From positions 344,596,001-344,660,000 of the forward strand of contig OZ024741.1 in assembly GCA_964016885.1 (NCBI GenBank): a stretch of 64,000 bases of DNA, written 5' to 3'. Below the pieces are notes generated by a model that saw only the letters and a program-made list of their open reading frames with translations, did not search any database and was not told the DNA's origin. Both the position numbers and the translations under genes were made by a program. This stretch comes from Eledone cirrhosa. Lineage: Eukaryota. Shown here one piece after another: positions 25,923-41,482 of this stretch. The first letter of the stretch is position 1; the number at the start of each line of letters is the position of its first letter.

Positions 25923-27207
25923 TTATCAGTATGTATAATATATCTCTGGTCACGTACGTGTATTCGGAAGTTATCTTTGTTAATAGACGGTCCAATAATT
26001 TGTCTAATTAAACAGTTCTTTTGTCCTCCAATCATTTCCAAAAGACCTGTTTATGGCTTATTTCTCCTTCTTTGTTGTTTTTTTTTAGTGGTGGTGGTGG
26101 TGGTGGGGTTGGGGTTCTCTTTGTGTGGGGAGTGTGTGGTTTTGTCTGGTAGATGATTTCCTGAGTGAATGTAGAGGATGAAAGCTTGGTACTAACATCA
26201 TTGTGACTCCAAGCAAGTGTGCAAGTCTCAATTCTTCTTGCTTGTTGTGTATGTTGCTTGAGTATGAATGCAAGGTCAACCTGTTTCATTGATGTGATGT
26301 AAGTGTACTCCTGGATATGTGACACTTCACCCCTGTCATTGGTGCTCCCCTCCTTGCCATTGTTAGGCGTGGATTTGGACAGTTTAGCCTATTCTGAGAG
26401 TTATAGAGAGAGGAGAGAGAGAGAGAGGTAAATGTGAGAGAAAGAGAGGTAAATGTGAGTGACAGGGAGAAAGAGAGAATGAGAGACATACAGAGAGGGG
26501 ACAATGAGAGAGAGAGAGTTACATATATTATATTTTGGGGTGGTGATATTGCCAATAAAATAAACACGCTTGCCTTCAGTGATGGCAAAAATAGAATACA
26601 GCTTGCTATCAGTGATGTGTCACCTCATTTCTCCAGCTGATGGAACTGGAACAACAGAAAATAAAGTGTTTTGCTTAAGGACGCAATGCACTGCCTGGTA
26701 CAAGTATCAAACTCACAACCTCACGATTGTAAGCCCAATGCACTAACCACCAAAGCCACATGCCTTCACACACACACACATACATGCACATACACAGGGT
26801 GTCCAAGAAAATGTATACACACTTCAAAATCTAATAAATATTGCCTGTGCAGGTAATCAAAGTGTGTACACATTATTTTTGGGGGGCGGGGGGGCATCCT
26901 GTTTCTCTCTATATATAATTGTTTCTACTTTTGGCACAAGGCCAGCAAATACCCACTGTATTACTGGTACTTTATTTTATCGACCTCATAAGGATGAAAG
27001 GCAAAGTTAACCTCGGCGGGATTTAAACTCAGAATGGCAAGGGCCGTAACTCTATGCGTCAAAGCATGGCGTCCGACTCTCTACCGATACTGCCAATCCA
27101 CCTCTCTATATATAATGCTGTCTAACCCTTGCTAGCAAGGAAATCGGACATTAAAGCAATGACGATAATATATATATATATGAGTATATATATATATATA
27201 TATATAT

Positions 27208-27810
27208 GGTGGCTGCCAACTCGTTTTCAAGTACGGCCACTACTTTATATCCATGTAGGAGAACCCCTACCGATGCGCTGAACGAATGTGACTTTTTAGT
27301 CCAGCCAGCGACTTGAAAACTCTGGTACAAACACTACACTTGTGACAATTATTGACACATAGTGCAGGGCCCATGGTACCATGTGATGACAAGTGCAGAG
27401 AGATCTCCAGATATAAAGTAATGCCTGTGCTGTGAAGCTTTTATAGTGAGCAAAGGCACTGCACAAAGCCAGTCCCACTCTCTTAACCAAGATGATATTT
27501 ACCAAAAAGAAGAACAAGTCAACATCATTGGATACCATCAGGGTTGCAGGTGTTATATCAGAGTTTTCCTTCTCCTAGAATTCTGCCTTGACAAAGGCTA
27601 AGGGGTCATCTCTCCCGGTGATTTTGGATGGCTATTGACTCTTAAGAGCTCCCTTGCCCTTTGACAGGTTTTGTTTTTAGTCCTGCAGGATGTCCAAAGT
27701 CACCCTCCTCACCAAGAAACCTTGGTGGGGTTGCCAGTTTAGTCGCCAACGACCCGACCATGAGACAGGTTGTACTGGGATACATGTTACCAGTAGCACC
27801 AACTGGTATA
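27208..27810 (-). mobile_element. ~600-bp non-autonomous RTE-related repeat; copies at 40685-41200 and 59288-59845
   Basis: Three near-identical copies sharing the same end against (TA)n; contains the RTE 5'UTR-like motif CTAGGAGAAGGAAAACTC on minus. Confidence 0.75.
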
Positions 27811-27812
27811 TT

Positions 27813-28615
27813 AAGACAGGGGGGAAGAAAAAAATGGCTTCACTTGTGCTTTCAACAAATTTATTTTCTTCACAAAATCCAAAAGGAATTTTTTTCCCGG
27901 ATTAGAAAAAATTTTTTAAAAAAAAATTTTATAAATTGAGTCGTTGGTTGTTGGTTAGGTCTTAGGAGTTCTTGGTTAACGTAGGAGGTATTGTTTCGTT
28001 TTTAGAAAGACCTTTCACGCTGAGGTGCCCTTGTCAAACTGATGTGTATGTGGTTTGTTGTTCTATATATAGGGATTTAACATGTTTGTGGTGCGGTGGG
28101 GGTTTTTTCTCCCCCTTTAATAAGTGTAGGGGTGTAGGTGTGTTGAAAAAATGTTAATAGCAGTAATGAGTTGAGACAGTGAGTAGGGTTGGGTGGGGAG
28201 AAATGTAGCAAGCGCGGCCTGCCCCAGTCATTCTCGAAAAATTCCTTTATTCAGGGGAAAAAGCTTTTAGTATTCCTTTGTATCGAAAATGGTCATAGGC
28301 AAACCGCACCTGCCAAGCTTGTAAACAATTATTTTTTTCTGAGGGAAGGGAAAATTCACAATCTTCCCTTTCTTCAAGATATGGTCGGATAACGAACATT
28401 TCCGCAGATATAAAGAAGAATTCTTCATTGAAAAATCTAAACCACTACTGAACACGAAAAAATGAATTAACACTCGGAGGTAAAATTCCATTTCACTAAC
28501 CCACCCCCTCTTCTTATGTGTACACATGAATATATGTATGTATATGTATATATATATATGTATGTGTATGTATGTATGTGTGTATGTATGTGTTTGTATG
28601 TGTATGTGTATGTGT

Positions 28616-28660
<45 letters not shown>

Positions 28661-28719
28661 AATATATATATATGTGTATATATATGTATATGTGTGTATG
28701 TGTCTGTATGTGTTTATGT

Positions 28720-28757
<38 letters not shown>

Positions 28758-29698
28758 ATGCCGCTCTATATATATATATGTGAGTATGTGTGTGTGTGTA
28801 TGCATGTATGTGTGAACGGATGTATATATACGGACATATGTGTGTGTGTGTGTGTACACGTGTGTGTGTGTGTGTGTATGTGCATATATGTGTATTTATT
28901 TATGTATCTTTATGTGTGTATATATATATGTATATGTATGTATATATATATATACCCATGTGGAGGTATGAGTACATATTCGTGTGTGTACGTATGTGTA
29001 TATGTGTTTTTATATGTGTCTTTATATGTCTTTATGTATGTATGTGGATGTATATGTACATGGGTGTGTGATTGATGGTGTGTGCCTATATATTCCTACA
29101 TATGCCCGTGTGTGTATGTACGTATATACGCACATATGTGTGTGTTGAACAAAGGACTAATTTTGGGATGGACGTAGAAAAATTCTTCAGAAAAAAATAA
29201 TTGTTTACAAGCTTGGCAGGTGCGGTTTGCCTATGACCATTTTCGATACAAAGGAATACTAAAAGCTTTTTCCCCTGAATAAAGGAATTTTTCGAGAATG
29301 ACCGGGGCAGGCCGCGATTGCTACATTTCTCCCCACCCAACCCTACTCACTGTCTCAACTCATTACTGCTATTAACATTTTTCAACACACCTACACCCCT
29401 ACACTTATTAAAGGGGGAGAAAAACCCCCCACCGCACCACAAATATGTTAAATCCCTATATATAGAAAAACACACCACATACACAGTTTGACAAGCGCAC
29501 CTCAGCGTGAAAGGTCTTTCTAAAAACGAAACAATACCTCCTACGTTAACCAAGAACTCCTAAGACCTAACCAACAACCAACGACTCAATTTATAAAAAA
29601 AATTTTCTAATCCGGCAAAAAAATTCTTTTTGGATTTTGTGAGGAAAATAAATTTGTTGAAAGCACAAGTGAAACCATTTTTTCCTTCCCCCCTGTCT
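27813..29698. mobile_element. Penelope-like remnant: ~520-bp inverted pair (27813-28342 / 29187-29698)
   Basis: The same small ORFs appear on opposite strands; adjacent GIY-YIG C-terminus. Confidence 0.65.
28349..28465 (+). pseudogene. Penelope GIY-YIG endonuclease C-terminal remnant
   Basis: GKFTIFPFFKIWSDNEHFRRYKEEFFIEKSKPLLN* fits the R..KE..FI....P.LN end motif. Confidence 0.7.
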
Positions 29699-29699
29699 G

Positions 29700-29751
<52 letters not shown>

Positions 29752-29837
29752 TATGTATATATAATATATAAGATCAAAAGATGGTTAAAGGAGTTCCATT
29801 TATTTTATGTATATATATGTATGTATATATATATATG

Positions 29838-29886
<49 letters not shown>

Positions 29887-29887
29887 G

Positions 29888-29938
<51 letters not shown>

Positions 29939-29961
29939 GTATATATATATATGTATGTATG

Positions 29962-29993
<32 letters not shown>

Positions 29994-29997
29994 TATG

Positions 29998-30064
<67 letters not shown>

Positions 30065-30127
30065 TTATATATGTATATATATATATGTATATATATATTT
30101 ATATATGTATATATATATTTATATATG

Positions 30128-30237
<110 letters not shown>

Positions 30238-30241
30238 TATG

Positions 30242-30296
<55 letters not shown>

Positions 30297-30359
30297 TTAT
30301 ATATGTATATATATATATGTATATATATATTTATATATGTATATATATATTTATATATG

Positions 30360-30424
<65 letters not shown>

Positions 30425-30447
30425 TTATATATGTATATATATATTTA

Positions 30448-30516
<69 letters not shown>

Positions 30517-30525
30517 TTATATATG

Positions 30526-30559
<34 letters not shown>

Positions 30560-30704
30560 TATAAATATTTATATATATACATAAACATTTCTTTGGACGT
30601 TAGATTATTCATCCTCTATTCATTATTTTTTTCTCACTTTCATCTAACTTATTCATGCTCATCTCACAATATATCCTTACTTACATTACTTCTGTTTTTT
30701 TAAT

Positions 30705-30870
30705 AATACATATCAACATTTTCTTTCCATCGCACATATTATTAAACCCTTAAAATTATTCTTAATACATATTAACATTTTCTTTCCATCGCACATATTA
30801 TTAAACCCTTAAATATTATTCTTAATACATATTAACAATTTCTTTTCATCGCACATATTATTAAACCCTT
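30705..30870. repeat. ~60-bp tandem repeat, 3 copies
   Basis: AACATTTTCTTTCCATCGCACATATTATTAAACCCTT three times. Confidence 0.85.
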
Positions 30871-31237
30871 CAATATACAAACCTTAACTTTACATTATTT
30901 TTCTCTTCATTAATTTTCAAATTCTTTTAATTTATACATTATCATCCAACGGTTTTTCAACCTCTCTATGTAAAACAATATATTTTTCTCAGTTATAAAA
31001 GCTATCTCTCTCTCTCTATCAGCCATCTCTCCTCCTATCTCATCCTTCCTCATTATACTCCTCCCCCTCCACTTTTTACTCTCATTTCCTCCTCTTTTTC
31101 ACCCTTTCCACCCCCACCCCCCCCCCTCAAAAAAAATTTTTTCCCCAATATCACACATCAATCTAAAACTACTTTTCATATGTTGATTTAAAACTGCACT
31201 ATCCACAAGTGTTTCTAACCTTCATATCATGTCCTCC

Positions 31238-31308
31238 TATTTTATCTGATGAAAACACAAATGTTATTGCATGATGATATTTGTTTTTGAAATGCGCATA
31301 ATAAAATA
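31238..31308 (+). ncRNA. Type I hammerhead ribozyme (H1-related; stem III TGCGCA)
   Basis: TATTTTAT-CTGATGA-long stem II-GAAA-TGCGCA-TA-ATAAAATA; inverted copy of its 3' tail at 29770-29808. Confidence 0.85.
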
Positions 31309-31382
31309 CATGGAACTCATTTAACCATCTTTTGATCTTATATATATATATGTATATATATATATATTTGTATATATATATG

Positions 31383-31431
<49 letters not shown>

Positions 31432-31523
31432 CTATATATATGTATATATATATATGTATATGTATATATATGTATATATATATATGTATATATATGTATA
31501 TATATATGTATATATATGTATAG

Positions 31524-31742
31524 TGAAGGCGTGTGGCTGAGTGGTTAGAGAATTGGATTCGCAATCATAAGGTTGTGAGTTCGATTCCTGGACCAGGCGA
31601 TGCGTTATGTCCTTGAGCAAGACACTTTATTTCACGTTGCTCCTTCTACCTGGAGTTGCGACCGATAGATAGTATTAGCAACTGGAAAGACCAACGGAAA
31701 CATTGTTCCCTTGGTCCGATTTGACGGAAGTCGATCATTCCT
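31524..31742 (+). mobile_element. tRNA-derived SINE family B (CORE-like GTCCTTGAGCAAGACACTT)
   Basis: A box TGGCTGAGTGG, B box GAGTTCGATTCC; relatives at 18110-18260(-), 26625-26768(-), 53931-54180. Confidence 0.85.
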
Positions 31743-31867
31743 ATATATGTATATATATATATGTATATATATGTATATATATATATATATGTATATATAT
31801 ATGTATATATATATATGTATATATATATGTATATATATATATATATGTATATATATGTATATATATA

Positions 31868-31912
<45 letters not shown>

Positions 31913-32033
31913 ATATATATGTATATATATATGTATATATATATGTATATATATATGTATATATATATGTATATATATATGTATATATATATGTATATAT
32001 ATATATATGTATATATATATGTATATATATATG

Positions 32034-32064
<31 letters not shown>

Positions 32065-32071
32065 GTATATA

Positions 32072-32118
<47 letters not shown>

Positions 32119-32131
32119 GTATATATATATG

Positions 32132-32186
<55 letters not shown>

Positions 32187-32225
32187 ATGTATATATGTAT
32201 ATGTATATATATATATATGTATATG

Positions 32226-32276
<51 letters not shown>

Positions 32277-32388
32277 AAATATATATATGTATATATATAT
32301 ATGTATATATATATATGTATAAATATGTATATATATATATGTATAAATATATATATATATATATGTATAAATATATATATATATATGT

Positions 32389-32424
<36 letters not shown>

Positions 32425-32456
32425 ATGTATATATATATATATATATATATGTTATG

Positions 32457-32563
<107 letters not shown>

Positions 32564-32745
32564 ATATGTATATATGTATATACATATATGTATATATGTA
32601 TATATATATATATGTATATATGTATATATATATATGTATATATGTATATATATATATATAAATATATATATGTATATATATGTATATATGTATATATATA
32701 TGTATATATGTATATATATATATGTATATATGTATATCTATATGT

Positions 32746-32793
<48 letters not shown>

Positions 32794-32882
32794 ATATATA
32801 TATGTATGTATATATATATATATATATGTATATGTATATATGTATATGTATATATGTATATGTATATATGTATATATATATG

Positions 32883-32913
<31 letters not shown>

Positions 32914-33050
32914 GTATATGTATATATGTATATGTATATATGTATATATATATGTGTATATGTATATATATATATGTACATGTATATATATATATGTATA
33001 TATATATGTATATATATATATGCATATATATATATGTATATGTATATATG

Positions 33051-33085
<35 letters not shown>

Positions 33086-33086
33086 G

Positions 33087-33201
<115 letters not shown>

Positions 33202-33656
33202 GTATATATGTGTATATATGTATATATATATATATATATACATATATACATATACATATATATATATATATATATATATGTATATGTATATATATGCATA
33301 TAGACACATTAAAATATATCATATTCCCATATTGCCAGTTATCACACGGCAAAGTTATTCGATGTCTCTTCAGCAGCTTTCCAATCACCATCACTGCTGA
33401 CACCACCACCAACAGCATCCCCAACATCACCATTACCAGCGTTCATTAATGGTGGTGGTGGTGGTGGCGGTGGTGCAAATGCTATCAGATGACTGACGTT
33501 GTTGTGGTGGTTGTTGTCATTGTCGTTATTACAAGTGTCTTATCTATTCCACAGTGCCAGGGAGAATGTATATGTGTATTACACATGCACACACACACGC
33601 ACACAAAAGCGCACACACACATATAAGTATATAAATATATCTATATATATAATATA

Positions 33657-33692
<36 letters not shown>

Positions 33693-33693
33693 C

Positions 33694-33726
<33 letters not shown>

Positions 33727-33733
33727 CATACAC

Positions 33734-33872
<139 letters not shown>

Positions 33873-34061
33873 CATACATATATATATATACATACATATA
33901 AATATATATATATACATATTATATATATATATATATATATATATACATACATATATATACATATATATATACATATACATATATATATATACATATACAC
34001 ATATATATATATACACATATACATATATAGATATACATACATATATATATACATATATATT

Positions 34062-34099
<38 letters not shown>

Positions 34100-34390
34100 C
34101 ATATATATACATATATATATGTATGTATGTATGTATGTATATATATGTATATGTATGTATATATATATATATATACACACTCACACATATGCACATACAT
34201 ACATTGTTCATAGTATGTGTATTTATATATGTATATATGTGTCTAGATACGCACACATGCAAACACACACACAAGCAAGTATATATGCATGTATTATACA
34301 CACACACACATATACATACAAATATATATATGTATATATATATATTCAAACAAGTCTTGTTTATCTTGAACTATGTATATGTATGTACAT

Positions 34391-34421
<31 letters not shown>

Positions 34422-34921
34422 AGTATATATATGTATGTATATATATTTATATGTATGTATGTATATACAGGTAGATATGTGTGCGTGTTTATATATATGT
34501 ATGTGTATGAACATATAGACAACAGGATTGTGAAAAAGCTGGAGAATGAGAGAGAGGGATGGGAGACTGTGAAGGAGTATAGGAGAAGAGTTGTAGTGTA
34601 CGTGTGTAAGTGTGTATGTGTGTGTGTCCATATGTGTGTATTTATGTAGCGATCTTTATATGTATGTGTGTATTAGAATATATATGTGTATATATATATA
34701 TATGTATTTATGTATATGTATGTATGTGTGTATTTATGTATATATGTATGTATGTATGTATTTATGTATGTGTATGTATGTGTGTATTTATGTATATATG
34801 TATGTATTTATGTATGTGTATGTATGTATGTATGTATGTGTGTATTTATGTATATATGTATGTGTATGTATGTGTGTATTTCTATGGTGTTGGAAGTTGC
34901 AGTGATGTTGGCTGTGTGTGA

Positions 34922-34961
<40 letters not shown>

Positions 34962-36149
34962 TATGGAAGGTATGGGGAAGTTGAGACAGAGAAAAGTCTG
35001 ATATGTGAAGAGCCAAAGCAGTTCACTGATATCGTCACACCCTCTTCTTCTCCTCCCCCTTCTCTTCCAACACACACGACCATGGCGACTACGACAACAA
35101 CAACGACATTGACTTGTGTTTGTACATAGACTAGTCTTATCGATTTTTCACCCTAGTTCCACAAACCGCTGTTTGGTAGACACTACATAATTTCTTGGTA
35201 TTTTGATATTAGTCTGAAAATTGGAAATTTTTGGTTTTGCTTATATTGGTGTTGGTTGTTGTTATTGTTATTGTTGTTGTCATTGTCGTTGTTTAGCCCA
35301 CGGTCTGCCCTAATCTAGTAAAATCTATAACCAAAATGCTTATCCTGTCTCGTTTTTTAATGGTCAGATATATGTCTAAATAGAATATATGGATTCTTCA
35401 CCAGTTTCGACGATTTATGTACCAGTTGTTCATTCAAACTGAATTGGCTAGTCTCTGAATTATTGAGTAATGTGGCTGAGTAATCCAATTGTTCAATCAA
35501 CTGCACTACCTATTCATTCAAATATAGTGTAGTAGCTGAGTGCATTCCACAGACACATGTATTCTTAATGTAATTCTCAAACAGCATCAACATGACATAA
35601 TATATGATAAAGCTAGCCCCTTTGAAATTACAGGTACATTTGCACTCTCAACATAATCTGCTGGGTCCTTCATCATGATATTGTGTGTGACAAAGCTGGC
35701 CCATTGAATTGCAACTGCAGTCCATCTTGTATTATAGTTTAACCCTTTAGCATTTAAACCGGCTCTTTCTGTTCAAACCGGCCATAAGTGGCGGCTCATA
35801 CTGATAGGTTATTGTTTTCAAAATAGATCATATCAAAATCTCTTAGATTCAATATTATGTGACTTTAAATATAGTGTAAAAAATGTAATGTAGAAAAATC
35901 GTTTTAAGCTGAAATGACTTAGGGTTAAGTGGGTGAGTATCGCATTGACTATTGTACCCCAAATAAAATAACTAGGCAAAAACAGTGTGTTGATGTGTGG
36001 CAAATTTAGAGACCAATCGATGGGCTTCCGCAATAGAGACTTCCAATGTAAACTTCTTTCGGTGTCTTTTGAGGTAGATTTACTTGTTATTTCTTGTAAC
36101 AACAAAATAGACATTTCTTCAATGCATAGTTATTTATCACTATGTTAAC

Positions 36150-36316
36150 TAGTGCCCGATTTAGGACAAATGAGGCCCTGTGCTAGTTAAGTTATGAAGC
36201 CCCTTACTTCGGCCATGGAGGAGGTAAACATTTTTTTGGCAGGAAGATCCCCCATCCCCGGCCAACAGGGCCCTTGTGCATAACTACACCTAAGCACAAT
36301 GGTAAATCCAGTACTG
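36150..36316. mobile_element. Small MITE (Harbinger- or hAT-like)
   Basis: AGTGCCCGATTTA ... TAAATCCAGTACT imperfect TIRs. Confidence 0.45.
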
Positions 36317-36877
36317 GTGTTAATCCTCATTGAGCAGTCAAATGGTGAAAGGCATTCAAGCTGTGACCATACTGTTTGTTTACATATTTTATCTATGTCT
36401 ACATAGTCCAATGTTTCTTTTTATATTTCTTTTATCAGACAGTAGAGCAGGGTTTATTCTAAGGAAATTTTAGAACTGAACAAATCATTGAATCTGGTGC
36501 CATGACCCAATACTTTATATTCTCTGTGTTTGTGAAACATTTGTTATAAATTAAAATGGTCTGGCCATTTCCAGTATTTTCTATATCATTTATGACATAT
36601 GCTGCATTGCTATAGCAATATACCACTGTACATGGAATTACAAGGGTAGTTATTCTCTGATGAGCATCCAATAATATCTGCAATTCATAAAAATAATCTT
36701 ATTTTTTCTGTGTATGGAGGAATAGTCGAAAGTATTTACACATTAAATTATTTATTTTCTCAGCCAAAGCTTCTAATTAAAAAATGGTTCTCATATCTAC
36801 CTTAAGCTTACCTTAAAATCTTCAAATATATGTTGTATTGCTGTATAAATATCTATTATATACACACACACATTATA

Positions 36878-36928
<51 letters not shown>

Positions 36929-37117
36929 ATATGTGTGTATATATATATGTATATATGTATATGTATATATGTATATATATATGTATATATATATGTATAT
37001 AAATATGTATATGTATATATGTATATATATATATGTATATAAATATGTATATGTATATATATATGTATATATATATGTATATATATATATGTATATATAT
37101 ATATGTATATATATAGG

Positions 37118-37182
<65 letters not shown>

Positions 37183-37207
37183 GTATATATATATGTATGT
37201 ATATATG

Positions 37208-37242
<35 letters not shown>

Positions 37243-37267
37243 GTATATATATATGTATGTATATATG

Positions 37268-37300
<33 letters not shown>

Positions 37301-37325
37301 GTATATATATATGTAAGTATATATG

Positions 37326-37431
<106 letters not shown>

Positions 37432-37434
37432 TAT

Positions 37435-37589
<155 letters not shown>

Positions 37590-37868
37590 CATATATATAT
37601 ATACATATATATATATATAAAGTATTGTGGTCTGTATCTATGATTGGAAAGAACATATATGTTTATACATGAATATATACATAGATAAACATGTATATTA
37701 GAACGGGTTGGTTTCTTCTGTAGAATATATCAAACATTTATTGATTCTGAATATTATCCTTGTTTCGACTGATTTTGTTGTTATTAATGTTAATATTACT
37801 ATTGCTGCTGCTTTTATAGTAGAGCAGATGACATATATATACATGTATACATATGTAATATAATATAT

Positions 37869-37908
<40 letters not shown>

Positions 37909-38151
37909 ATATAAGATATGTATATATATATGTATATATATGTAATATAATATATATATATATATGTATATATATATATGTAATATAATATATGTATATA
38001 TATATATGTAATATAATATATGTATATATATGTATATATATATATGTAATATAATATATGTATATATATATATATATGTATATATGTAATATAATATATA
38101 TATATATATGTAATATAATATATATATATATATAATATATATATATATGTA

Positions 38152-38195
<44 letters not shown>

Positions 38196-38473
38196 ATATA
38201 ATATATATATATATATATGCAATATAATATAAGTATGCATGTATACGTACATACATATATGTATACAGACGTACAGTAGCATGCACATATATATATATAT
38301 ATACATATATATATACATATGCATACAGGTACACATACATATATGCACATATCAGTTTAGCGGCGCTTATTATAACGTCGCTTTGTTCGTTTGTAAACAA
38401 ACTGAACAGCCTGAATTTATGCCATACGGTGTTAAGGCAACCACGTCACCTTTTTGTTCAACACTGACACAGG

Positions 38474-38518
38474 AACGATGTACTAGTTTCAAGCTTGTTA
38501 GCTATCATCAGCACCGTT
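38474..38518 (-). ncRNA. Minimal hammerhead ribozyme (family H3), copy 1
   Basis: AACGGTG-CTGATGA-TAGCTAACAAGCTT-GAAA-CTAG-TA-CATCGTT; 7-bp stem I; palindrome ACTAGT. Confidence 0.88.
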
Positions 38519-38759
38519 TACCCATCTGCCAGATAGTTGAACGTTCGAAAGTATATACTTTCCTTATGAAAATTAACGGCTGAGCAGCCTAATTTGCATA
38601 TTGAGTGAGTTAAATCGGTCAGACATACCGAAAACGATAAATTGAAACAAAATGAAAACGAAATTTCATTTCTCACTCTTAGTATGGCACTTGCTTAAAT
38701 GTAAGTATGCATGTATACGTACATACATATATGTATACAGACGTACAGTAGCATGCACA

Positions 38760-38791
<32 letters not shown>

Positions 38792-38949
38792 CATATGCAT
38801 ACAGGTACACATACATATATGCACGTATCAGTTTAGCGGCGCTTATTATAACGTCGCTTTGTTCGTTTGTAAACAAACTGAACAGCCTGAATTTATGCCA
38901 TACAGTGTTAAGGCAACCACGTCACCTTTTTGTTCAACACTGTCACAGG

Positions 38950-38994
38950 AACGATGTACTACTTTCAAGCTTGTTAGCTATCATCAGCACCGTT
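38950..38994 (-). ncRNA. Minimal hammerhead ribozyme (H3), copy 2 (CTAG changed to GTAG)
   Basis: Same core, 476 nt from copy 1. Confidence 0.8.
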
Positions 38995-39159
38995 TACCCA
39001 TCTGCCAGATAGTTGAACATTCGAAAGTATATACTTTCCTTATGAAAATTAACGGCTGAGCAGCCTAATTTGCATATTGAGTGAGTTAAATCGGTCAGGC
39101 ATACCGAAAACGATAAATTGAAACAAAATTCGAACGTTCAACTATCTGGCAGATGGGTA

Positions 39160-39204
39160 AACGGTGCTGATGATAGCTAACAAGCTTGAAACTAGTACAT
39201 CGTT
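39160..39204 (+). ncRNA. Minimal hammerhead ribozyme (H3), copy 3 in the inverted arm
   Basis: AACGGTGCTGATGATAGCTAACAAGCTTGAAACTAGTACATCGTT. Confidence 0.88.
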
Positions 39205-39756
39205 CCTGTGTCAGTGTTGAACAAAAAGGTGACGTGGTTGCCTTAACACCGTATGGCATAAATTCAGGCTGTTCAGTTTGTTTACAAACGAACAAAGCAA
39301 CGTTATAATAAGCGCCGCTAAACTGATACGTGCATATATGTATGTGTACCTGTATGCATATGTATATATATATGTATATATATATATATATGTGCATGCT
39401 ACTGTACGTCTGTATACATATATGTATGTACGTATACATGCATACTTACATTTAAGTAAGTGCCATACTAAGAGTGAGAAATGAAATTTCGTTTTCATTT
39501 TGTTTCAATTCAATATAATATATATATATATATGTAATATAATATATATATATGTATGTAATATAATATATATATATATGTAATATAATATATATATATA
39601 TATATATGTAATATAATATATATATATATATATGTAATATAATATATATATGTAATATAATATATATATATATGTAATAAAATATATAAATATATATATA
39701 TATATATGTAATATAATATATTACATATATATATATATATATACATATGTAATATA

Positions 39757-40516
<760 letters not shown>

Positions 40517-40521
40517 TATAT

Positions 40522-40570
<49 letters not shown>

Positions 40571-40625
40571 GTAATATAATATATTACATATATATATATA
40601 TATATACATATGTAATATAATATAT

Positions 40626-40686
<61 letters not shown>

Positions 40687-41451
40687 TGGCTGCCAACTCG
40701 TTTTCGAGTACGGCCACTACTTTATATCCATGTAGGGGAAACCCTACCGATGCGCTCAACGAGTGTGACTTTTTAGTCCAGTCAGCGACTTGAAAACTCT
40801 GGTACAAACACTACACTTGTGACAATTATTGACACATAGTGCTGGGCCCATGGTACCATGTAACGACAAGTGCAGAGAGATCTCCAGATATAAAGCAATG
40901 CCTGTGCCGTGAAGCTTTTATAGTGAGCAAAGGCACTGCACAAAGCCAGTCCCACTCTCTTAACCAAGATGATATTTACCAAAAAGAAGAACAAGTCAAC
41001 ATCATTGGATACCATCAGGGTTGCAGGTGTTATATCAGAGTTTTCCTTCTCCTAGAATTCTGCCTTGACAAAGGCTAAGCGGTCATCTTTCCCGGTGATT
41101 TTGGATGGCGTTTGATTCTTAAGAGCTCCTTTACCCTTTGACAGATTTTGTTTTTAGTCCTGCAGGATGATACATGTTACCAGTAGCACCAACTGGTGAC
41201 CTGACATAATATATATATATATATATATATACATATGTAATATAATTGTTTCTACATTAGGCACAAGGCCAGCGATTACCCAGTGTATTACTGGTACTTT
41301 ATTTTATCGACCCCGTAAGGATGAAAGGCAAAGTTAACCTAGGCGGGATTTGAACTCAGAATGGCAAGGGCCGTAACTCTATGCGTCAAAGCATGGCGTC
41401 CGACCCTCTACCAATACTGCCAATCCACCGCCTTTATTTACATATGTAATA

Positions 41452-41482
<31 letters not shown>

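Larger units (their letters stand above)
38231..39510 (-). mobile_element. Retrozyme-like tandem of ~476-bp monomers (about 1.9 units on minus plus an inverted 0.8 unit)
   Basis: Units start at 38231 and 38703; inversion junction at ~39129/39130; one hammerhead per unit. Confidence 0.85.
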
